64,000 nt of DNA, from positions 558,130 through 622,129 of the forward strand of contig NW_003314279.1 of the NCBI RefSeq assembly GCF_000143415.4, written 5' to 3'. The notes below the pieces were generated by a model. That model did not search any database. It saw nothing but the letters and a program-made list of their open reading frames with translations, and had not been told where the DNA came from. The position numbers and the translations under genes are program-made. The stretch's first letter is position 1, and each line of letters starts with the position of its first letter. Origin of the DNA: Selaginella moellendorffii (taxonomy: Eukaryota; Plantae; Lycopodiophyta). This document shows, one piece after another, positions 1 through 9,800 of the stretch.

Positions 1-654
1 CACCGGCGTCTCCTTGAACCTCACGTCGCCAAACACCTGGATGGCGGTGTCGAGCCGGCCACACTTGCCATACATGTAGATGATCGCACTCTGGAGCTTG
101 TGATCCTGCCGGACGCGCCGATCGATGAGCAAGTTGTGGAACTCGGTGCCGGAGGAGAGATCGCGCAGCTGGCCGCACGCCCGGATGGCGAGCGCGAAGG
201 AGACGGCGTCCGGAACGGCCCTCTGGAGGAGCATCCGCCGGAAGTTCCGGTAGACCATCTTGCCGGACCCATCGTTGCGCGCGAGCATCCCCAGGAAGGC
301 GTTCCAGGACTGGACGGTCCTCTTGTCCATGGTCTCGAAAACCTGGCTGCCCCATTCCAGATTGCCGCACCGGGAGTACATCCGGATCAAGAGATTGGCC
401 ATGGATGTGTCGTCCAGGTACTTGGTGGCGTCCATGTGGCGGTGGATGCGAACGCCGTAGGAGAATGCGTGCTCGCGGGCGCAGCGCCGGAGGAGGGAGG
501 CGTACACGGAGGGATTCACCCGGTTTGGCGAGTAGGATTGCTCCAGCGAGTCGACGGCGTCGGCGAGGCCCTGGGACACCCATGGCTCGCGGGGGTACCT
601 GATGCGCCGCCGCCGCTTGAAGCTCAGCTTCCTCCGCTGTAGCCCTCGCAGCAT
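1..654 (-). CDS. PLS-class pentatricopeptide repeat protein, 5' part (runs off left edge)
   Basis: Manual translation from ATG at 654: MLRGLQRRKLSFKRRRR...VYASLLRRC...NLLIRMYSRCGNL...VQSWNAFL...PDAVSFALAIRAC...SAIIYMYGKCGRLDTAIQVF. These are L-S-P-L-S PPR motifs after a basic transit-like N-terminus. No stop before the window edge, so it is absent from the ORF track. Confidence 0.9.
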   Translation of the reverse strand, partial: MLRGLQRRKLSFKRRRRIRYPREPWVSQGLADAVDSLEQSYSPNRVNPSVYASLLRRCAREHAFSYGVRIHRHMDATKYLDDTSMANLLIRMYSRCGNLEWGSQVFETMDKRTVQSWNAFLGMLARNDGSGKMVYRNFRRMLLQRAVPDAVSFALAIRACGQLRDLSSGTEFHNLLIDRRVRQDHKLQSAIIYMYGKCGRLDTAIQVFGDVRFKETPV

Positions 655-759
655 TCCCAAGAGCCCTAAACCCCGTGAATATTCTGCGGAATATTCGATT
701 TTTTGAGTTTAAACCAAAAAACGGCGGGGCTTCGCGGGAATTTCGCTCGCGCGGAGAAA

Positions 760-910
760 GGGTTCCTCGTCTTCCAGAGGCAATCTAATTTGCTCGCATC
801 CATAACTGTTGCAAGCGTCGAGTGATTCCACTGCCAAAAATTGGCATGGGCACAAGATTAAGCCCTTGGAGCGTGATGTTTGTCCACAACTATACAAAGC
901 CCTAAATAAT
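760..910 (-). pseudogene. Degenerate remnant of the last exons of the HIBCH-like gene
   Basis: cctcgtcttccagaggcaat...aatttgctc and ttggagcg.gat.tt.tccacaac match 25030-25235 (EQIQLPLEDEE; VVDKDRAPK). Confidence 0.7.
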
Positions 911-1066
911 TGGAAATAGAAGTGAGAGAACACCTGGGAAGCGAAAAACAAAAGCAGAACTTGCTTTGTAAAAGGATCATCCCCGAGTAGACTCTAAAAG
1001 TCGATCATAACAGTTATAAGTTCGTTGACAAGGAAGAATGATTTAGAGCAAGCATCATAAAAGGTA

Positions 1067-2695
1067 CTACTCTGAAGTTAGCTCTGTTGCGCTCTTGGGA
1101 ATGTGAATGGTAAGCAAGCCATTCCGCAAAAATGCTCTAGCCTTCTTCAGGTCAGCAGTAGAGGGAAGGTTGAACTTCCTTTGCTTGAAGATGTTGGCGC
1201 TGGTCTTTACGGTGAGTTGATCCGGACCTGAACATACCACAATCACTTTCTCTCGTGACAAGCCTGCACAATTGCAAAACCAAAAGCTCTTGGGAAAGCG
1301 TGGAAGTCTTAAGAGACATACCTGGAACTTCGATATAAAGGGTGTGGTGATGCTCCTCATCTACAATAGTTGCCTCGAGACGTTTGTTCGTGGCTGTAGC
1401 AGAGAATAAAAAAAGGAAATTAGTGGAGGTAAAAAGAAAAACAGAAAAATACTCATGTCCAGCTCAGCCTCATCACGGTCCTCAATTGGCACTGTCGAAG
1501 CTGTCCGTTTGAGCGCAGCAGCCCCCTTGGGAAAGCGAATAGTGAGAATCTCATCCTGGAGATTCACTATTGCACCATCGACATTGGCGTGAGTAGGAAC
1601 CACAAGGTTCTCGGGGCGGAATACGTCCTTCTCCGTGGAAACATGCACGCCCTGTCCATCTTTTGCAACACGCACTTGATCCAGAGATGTGAGACCTGTA
1701 CAATAGTAGGCAAGAATAAGAAAATTTATTGAGATATGTCTGCAAATGACTTTACCGGGCACTTGCACATCGACAGTGTAGAACTGCTGGTTCTCGAATG
1801 ACGAGCACAAGAGCTTGCGCTTGTCATATCCTGCAAGCCACAGCAAGGAGAAATAAAAAACTCCAGGCAGGATCAAAGCCATACCTTTATTGTGCTTGAG
1901 GCAGTTTAGCAGTAGTTGGTGTGCATGTTTCTTCTCAAAGTTGTAGAGAGCAATGAGGCCTCCGTGCTGAGAGAACTGTGGGAGTCCCCCGGCATCAGCC
2001 ACCTCTTGCGCTAACCTGAGGCCCCTGGCACACCTTTTCAGGTGATCACTGGAGAAGACAGCGTGTGGGACGACCGGTGTAGCATATGATGGAGAGCGCT
2101 CATGGATCAGAGAGGTGAGGCTTGTCGATTGCAGACCAAAGAGGTTGGGATAAGACTCAGCAGCAAACACACGCGCCTGCTCCTGCAACTCTTGCATGTT
2201 TGGCTCCCCGGAGAAGACTTCCTTCTCAGCTCGGCAAGCAGCACTCCGGCAAAAGTCATGCACTAGGCGAGTTTCTTCCTGTGTAGGGTGGTGTATGGGT
2301 GGCTCTCCACGGAAGCGGCGGAAGTCATCCTCTGAGGCGATGTTCACGAGCTGGATCATGTGTGGATACGGGCAGGGGTAGTCGCCACAGTCGTCAAACC
2401 CGAGTGGTTTTTCGGAGGGTGGAGGGAAGTCGCCGCTCACGATTTCGGTGTACCTGAGCGTGTGATCCAGGAGATGCGCCTGGAAGCAGCCGGTGGCACA
2501 ATCAGAGTCACCTAGCGCCCAAAAGACTTGGCCGAGGACACGGTTGTTTAGGCGGAGCATCACCATCCACAGAAACTCTCCATATTCATTGTAGGCATCG
2601 TCCGTCGGTGGTTTGCTCGCCTGAGGGAGCTTCTTGCCTTTGCTGCTGCTGCTGCTTGATGCCCTCCTTGCTGTATGGACAAGCCACCTTAACAT
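1067..2695 (-). CDS. Orphan N-terminal domain plus two tandem alpha-crystallin (HSP20-like) domains, ~465 aa, intact copy
   Basis: Exons 2695-1885, 1830-1756, 1695-1453, 1393-1322, 1263-1067; all GT-AG, total 1398 nt in frame. ACD1: FYTVDVQVPG-LTSLDQVRV...VPTHANVDGAIVNLQDEILTIRFPK. ACD2: HTLYIEVPG-LSREKVIV...FKQRKFNLPSTADLKKARAFLRNGLLTIHIPK. N-terminus MLRWLVHTARRASSS resembles a mitochondrial presequence. Confidence 0.8.
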
Positions 2696-2739
2696 TTTCT
2701 AGGGTTAAACGTGTGTTCTGCTAGGGTTTTAGGAAGGGC
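2696..2739. promoter_or_regulatory. 44-bp spacer between divergent ATGs with two telo-box-like TAGGGTT(T) motifs (putative bidirectional promoter)
   Basis: tttctagggttaaacgtgtgttctgctagggttttaggaagggc lies between ATG(-) 2695 and ATG(+) 2740; a similar ctagggttttgggtttt occurs in the second cassette at ~53382. Confidence 0.45.
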
Positions 2740-3740
2740 ATGATGTGGGGTTCTCTTTTCAAGCGTTTGCAGCAGCCAAGTTTAATGTTGTTTCGTCTCC
2801 ATAGCAAGGCTCGCACTCATGGTCATGCTCGGGTGTTCTTGGACGCGGGAATTGATATAGAAGTAGATCAATCGGAATGGGATAAACGTGTAACACGGAC
2901 TTTTGGAGAAACATGTACGACTTCAATGCTACAATTGCTCTATTTTAAATATTTAAGGCAAATCCGGGTGAACACTCTCTACAGGATGAGGCACGAGGTA
3001 GGATGATTTCAATACTAGAAATAATATTGATTGAATTTTATAAAAATAAAATTTTGTTTCAGGTTTGGAAAGAAATGATAAGTATTAATCCATCAAGAAA
3101 GGATATAGACCAAGCAGTGACCCTGTTGTTACGCAAAGGAGGTTTGAATTTTTTTTTCTTGATTTCTTTTATTTCTTTTTTCTTCATAGGGATAAAAACT
3201 TTTGGAGACCTTGCTCAGTTTCATCATACTTTTAATGCTCTTTGGACAATTAAACGAAGTCTTCACAAGGATTGGGCACTGCTTACTCCTGATAAAGCAA
3301 GGCATTTGGCACAAGCTTATTTTAAGGTATAATTTAGATTAGTTTTTATATGATAGTTTTTCTTCTTAGGCAGCTGTAGATGACCTGTGGAGTGGTTGCA
3401 ATCCACTTACATTATCTGAAATCATGGACATTCTTATGGGTGGACAAGTATATTTTATTGCTAAGCAATATAGGTTTGCTCTCAAAAAATTTCTTTATTA
3501 TATTTGAAACAATTTTACAGTGATGAGGGAGCTCATCATGATAACAATATTTACAATGTGGTATGGCATTCCTATTCATCTCCATATCCACCAATTATCA
3601 AGATCAACAGATACACTCCACTAGAGGATATGGAAACACCAGATGTATTAATCCAAATTGGTGAAGCTTTACATAACAAGGACTCTCGGCAATTTCTGTT
3701 TTTGAAGGCATTTACAGCAAGTGTGACAAGAAGAGGTTAA
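2740..3740 (+). CDS. Uncharacterised 265-aa protein, five exons, head-to-head partner of the double-ACD gene
   Basis: Exons 2740-2997, 3063-3141, 3190-3326, 3370-3473, 3521-3740; GT-AG, 798 nt in frame, ends TAA. Splice positions and sequence (RM.HEV, GG.K.FGDLA, DWA.L...AR.L.QA.F) recur in the copy at 53460-54050. Confidence 0.7.
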
Positions 3741-3854
3741 TCTTTTTCTGTATTTACACAACAAATTTTGCTTCCAATATATTATATTGAATAAATATAT
3801 TTTTGGTTTGCTTAAGCAAACCCAATATACTTAAAATATGCTTAGATATTCATT

Positions 3855-4045
3855 ATACAATGTGGTATGGCATTCCTATTCATCTCCATAAGATCAACAA
3901 ATACACTCCACTATAGCATATGGAAACAACAGATGTATTAATCCAAATTAGTGAAGCTTTACACAATAAGGACTCTAGGCAATTTTTGTTTGTGAAGGCA
4001 TTTACAGCAAGTGTGAAAGGAAGAGGTTAATCTTTTTCTGTATTT
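3855..4045 (+). repeat. Degenerate tandem duplicate of the last exon and 3' flank of the partner gene
   Basis: tacaatgtggtatggcattcctattcatctccata...agaggttaatctttttctgtattta repeats 3552-3756 with a deletion and stops. Confidence 0.85.
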
Positions 4046-6843
4046 ATAGAGTTTAATTACACAATAAATTTTATTTTAGAGTAATCTCTAATAGATTATA
4101 TACCATACATTATAAATATTATATTAATTCTGAGCTAGTGGTAGTGAATATATCTAGAATATGCTTAAATATTTAGAGATATTCTTGGTTGTTATTCATT
4201 TAGATTAGTTATGTATTTAGAATTTATAAACAAGTTTTATGAGTGCATAGAATATAGAAAGAGAATATAATAAATGTGCATATTATTTAGCCCAAAAACC
4301 CTAGTTTATATACAAGGGTAAGTGATCCAAATTAAAATCAATCCAATAATTACCAAAATCCCACTATGCTAATATTAGTATATAGCATTGTAACCGTACA
4401 CTTGAACCTCACATTATCCGCTCCTTTTGGAATGATGGAAGAGCATTAGGGTTCTCTTATAGGCCACAATCTGAAGGAACATTAGGAGGAAGCATTAGTG
4501 GATCTCTAAATGGTGTTAATTGTTCTTGATCCTTTTGTACAAAACATTACTGTACATGCATAATTTTTGGAAGATTAACTTGTTAGATGTTATGCCAAAC
4601 TTCATAAACTTACAATCTAACTTGCCACACACCTAATATGGACCTTTCCATTGAGCAAAAAGCCCTTTAGATAAACCACATACCATAAGATGAGGAAAAT
4701 GGATTAACACTAAGTCATCCACTTTATACTCCATAGGTGGACGATAATAAAAGTTGTAGTGCTATTGTTGTCCCACTTGTATCGGCTAAGGTGTTTGGTA
4801 GACTCTACTCGGATAAGTGGAAGAATGCTCATCAAATACTATTCCCAGAATCTAGCATCGGCAACTCGCGACAATTGTGAAAGTAAACCCAACTCTATTG
4901 GCAGTATTGGATCATGATCATATAAGAGTTTATATGATAAAGCACCAAGAGAACTCTACAGCCCTATGATATACACATACTGAAGAAACAATAAATAACC
5001 ATCCCAATCCGAATGCAAAAAGTTTAAATACTTCATGATCATCCTTTTGAAGGTCTAAATAAACAATTCCACCAAACTATCTGATTGTGGATGATAAGCA
5101 CTGGTCAAAATATAGTATATCCTCAACTGAGATGCCAAAATGTAAAATGCCTTAGCCATAAATGCAGTTACATTATCCAAAACAATCTACTTCAAACAGG
5201 AATGTTAGAATGCCACTTGATTGAGAAAGAAGTATCCAACAACAATTGTAGATGCACTAACAAGAGCATTAACTTCAACCCAATGAGTCAAGTAGTCAAA
5301 AGTAATAATGACATACTCATTGCCAACAATTGCTCTTGGAAAAGGTCCTATTAAATCAAATACCACCAACTCAAATTGATGGGACATTACAATTGACTTC
5401 AATCGTACTTTCACAACACGAAGGGGAGTATTATAAGTTTAGCACCAAATGCAGCTATGCACATATTGAATAACATCACATTGCATTTCCGGCTAATAAA
5501 AAACTTGTGCAACTTCTCAGTCATATGACGATATTTAATATGCCCACATAGAATAAAAGAATCATGGTAAGTGTGGAGAAAGTGTGGAATAAAAATTAAA
5601 GGCACCACTAGTCGTAAATGATCATCATGATCCATCCCTAAAAAATACCATTCTCAAGATGATATTCAGATTGTAAATGCGGAAATGGCAAGTCATTAGC
5701 AAGTGATGTCAGATTTTCAAACCTGTCGCAAAGCATTCAAATCCACAACTCAATTCTTTAAACCTCATGAACCTTGTTAAGAGAACGTAAATCTTGCTCT
5801 ACACTTTGTGGATATGGAACATCAAGTACAACAACTGCTAATGGTATAGAATCCTCATCTAAAAAATCCATAAATGTTGGAACAACATATTCTTCAGAAA
5901 CATGAAAAGGGAGTGAAGAAGGAAGAGGTGCTCGAGAAAAGGCATCAACATCAGTTATAGAACTCCCCGGGCGATGAACAACATCAAAATCATATATCTG
6001 AAGCTTCAAAGCCCACTAAGTAGTACAACCAACCAAATTATTCTGTTTTAATGATGAAGTAACTACAACATGATCACCATCTAATAACATCTGAGAACCA
6101 TGTAAATATGCATAAAGTTTCTCAAAACCCCAAACTATTGCTAAACACTCCTTCTCTGTCATGGATTAATTCATCTCCATTAGTTGTAATGTACGGTTGA
6201 TATATGCAATGGGATGGCGCTAACTAGGCACACTCGAACTCTCTTGCATCAACACACCTTCAAAACTAATATTAGAAGCATCTATGTACAAAATGAAAGG
6301 ACAAGTGTAGTTATGATACACCAAAACTAAAGGAGTCGTCAATAGCTCTTTGAGATCTGTAAATGCCTATTCATAGTCTACAGACCAAATGAAAGATGAT
6401 GTTAACGACTTCAGCAACGCTCACAATAGTACAATATGATCAGAAAGATGATGTAGCGCACCTTATCTCTCTCCCCTTAAGCCAACTGGAAAAAGGGCAA
6501 TTGCTTGATGAGAGAGCCCTTAGTGGCTATTTTATCCCCATTTATTCCCTAAGGTTCCAAGGATCCACAGTGACAGTATATCCAAATCTCATCCCATGAT
6601 CACATGTGCTACAAATGATCAACAAAACAACCGAGATACTGCACCTTGCCAAATAAGCATTACACATCATTCATACACTTTAGAGTAGAGAACTTTAAAA
6701 CAACCATAAGTTTGTCAGAATCAACTTGCAAATTCTCACAAAAAATATAGTATCTAAGATAAGTTGTGTCCTTAGACCCAAACATACAACTTTTTATAGC
6801 CAATCCAACACCTTACGAACATCATGGACATGTTCCTCCCATG

Positions 6844-9800
6844 TGTAAGGAACTGAGTTTGGACTTTCCAGGAGGTCACCCAACCCAGTACTATTCAAAC
6901 CTAAGGACGTTTAACTTCAAATATCCCAAGACCTTTAACCGATTGGAAAAGGGGGTGCACTCTTGTTCATGGGCCCTTTCCCTTTATATTTGAACCCCTA
7001 TGGATTGTCTTTCGAGTTGTTCCCTTTGGTTGCTTACAATCAGACCGAGTCTGAGTACTAATACAGGTCAAGGGGTGAAAGCCCAAAGCATGCGTCTCCC
7101 GGGGGGGGGGGGTTGCAAGGGGTTCCAAAAGTATAGTAGGGATAGTGAGATCTAGGAACCAGTCTTGAAAGAACTCTCCAGTGGTGCTTTCAAACTGATT
7201 TGAAGTTGAAATTGGGGCCAAGGGGCCTTGGGGCCTTGGGTGGGAGTGAGCATGGACTTAGGTGGTGCCGGAGGGGCCACCCAAAGAAGTGCTCAAGAGC
7301 AACTCCCACTCCCGAAAGGGAAACCGACTACGGTGCTCCTGGCTCATATGGAGTGGTGCCCCACTAGAGTACCTTGTGGCTCATTGGTCCTCGCCCTTCT
7401 TAGGGGCTTGGGCCTTCCCTTCGGGATAGAAGTGGGGGGGTAGAGGTACCCATACCAGGCCGTTAGGCCACGGTGTTTCGCCCCGGTGTCCCGAAGCAAG
7501 TGTTGCACCCAAAGCTTGGGATTTAGAGGGTCCTATGATCAAGTCTTGTTATACTAAGGGATGTTAGGAACCTGGAGGCTTGGTGTTCTTGGTTGCTTAT
7601 GGCTGCGGGGAGTGTAGCTGAACCTTAAGTCCAGTCTAACCTGGGGAGGGGGATTGGGAGAGATTTGGGAATCCGTGGATGAATGGCTAACGCTCCGTTG
7701 CTTGTGCAGTGAGTAGTTAAAACAAAGTAGGACCAAGTAGGAGCTGGTATAATAAGTGGAAACCTTGGCAAAGGAATTTAACAAAAGCCAAAGCAGTGTT
7801 GGTCAGATAGATGAGGTAAGTTGGCAAATTGGAAAGGAAAAATTTGTGGCTTGCAATTTGGTATCGGAGCCTTTTCCTCAATTCTAGCAAAGGATAGAGG
7901 TGGATTGCTGGGAGATGGCAAAGGCAGGTTATAAACGAACCAAGGCGGAGACAGAACCTCCGCTAGAGCTAGAGCCTCTGGTCGAACAAGAGGCTATGGA
8001 TGAGGAATCCTTGCATTATGAGGACTCTAGTGAGGAAACTTTCAAACAGGAGTCTAGTGGCGAGGTTCGGTCGTCAAAGGCTCGATTGGACGTTCTAGAA
8101 GGAAAATTGGCACAGACCAATGCCCTGCTGGAGACTCTCATACGCAAGCTAAAGCGTGACGAGAAGCGGAAGAAAAAGTGAAAGACTATGGATGTTAGCA
8201 GTGCAGAAGGTGCGGACCCTTCGGTAGGGACCAAGGCAGAACTAAACAAGGTTGAACAGACCGATGTGGAATCAGTCCCTTAGGCAGTTCCCAAGTATAA
8301 ACCAAAGCCCCCACCGGTCTTTAAGGGAGTGAACTACTATAAGGTGGTGGAGGATTGGTTTTACGATATAGAGAACTACTTTCAAGCGTTGCGGTTACCG
8401 AGCTCAAAGAAGGTCCCATGTGCAAAACCATACTTGGCAGATAACGCCAAGTCTTAGTGGAGAACGACAGAGGCCAACGAAAGACCGGTAGCCACTTAGG
8501 AAATGATGAAGGCGAGGATTCGCGCGACATACGTTCCTCTGAATGCTACTCTGCACCCAAGGGATGAGTTGAGTAGGCTGAAGCAGACCGAAACCATTCA
8601 AGAGTATGTGAATGGATTTATAGCAAAGAGGATACTAGTCACAGATATGGGTGATATGGATGCGTTCCATGCCTTCATATCAGGCTTGCAAATCTGGGCT
8701 CACGGCAAGGTGATGCGTTGGAACCTGACCAATTACAAAGAAGCATTGGATGTGGCTATCAAGGTGTATTTCAATGATAACCTGCGAAAGGGGAACACGA
8801 TGGGGTCAGGGTCCACGTTTAGCAAAGGGGCCAAACAAAGGGGAATATATAGCAAAGGGAAATTCAAGAAGAGTTCCCTAAGAATGAGTCCTCGGGGTTT
8901 CGGAAAGGCAAATCCGGTGGCTAGCGAGCGAGTACATGGGGGAGTCAAGCAAAAAGAAACAAACCCACGGATAAAAAGGGCAAGTCGGTTAGCAGCGTGG
9001 GAAAAAACGTATGATACAACTGCGGTGAAGCAGGACACTTCTCAAGGGAATGTCCCTACCCGAAGAAGGCTAGAGCCAATATGGCCATTAAGTCGGGTGA
9101 AATCCAAATTGAGGTATGTGATCCAGTCCCTAACTCAAAGTTACTCATTACAAGAGAAACTTTGGTAGAGAGTCGTTCGCGACATCTACTAGCCCTCCGA
9201 GGGAAGTTGGGAGGTAGCTTTGTTAAGATCCTTATTGACACGTGTGCTTCGGATAATTTTGTGGCTACAGACATAGTCCGGCAAGCCGGACTAACGGTGC
9301 AGCGGCTGGGCAAACCAAGGACTATAGAGTTTGTTCAAGGTAGCCAAAGCACTGATGAGGTACTTCGACAAGCAAGAGTCGAAGTAGGGACATGGAAAGT
9401 AGACATGGATTTCACCGTGTTGGACATGGCGGGATTTGAGATAATCTTTGGGATGGATTGGTTCAATCGGTTCATGGTAGCCCTGCATGGACAAGGTAGG
9501 AACCTTGTGGTACTAGCAAATGCCCAAGGAAGAAGATCCAAGGTGGAGGCCCAGGATCTAAAGGTAGGGCAATGCAAGGCCAAAGATTCCTGCCTAAACC
9601 TGGTGTCCACGAGAGGACAACTCACTAAAGGGACCAAGGTAGCATTTTTGTGCTTACTCTCGGTGAGAAGTGACAAAAAGACTGGAACAGAAGAAGTACC
9701 TTTAATGATCCAACGGGTGTTGGATCAACTCCAGGATACCATGCCAGAGGAGCTACCGGCGGGGTTGCCCCCTACACGACCGATAGAATATAAGATTGAG

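Noticed and set aside
100-642. 180-aa plus-strand ORF and similar GC-rich shadow ORFs (e.g. 48881-49690, 36857-37390)
   Set aside because: Antisense shadows of real minus-strand genes (PPR, MAX1).
6861-6918. A bona fide 5S rRNA gene
   Set aside because: Only the central ~58 nt match. The 5' ~47 nt and the 3' stem are absent, so it cannot form a full 5S RNA.
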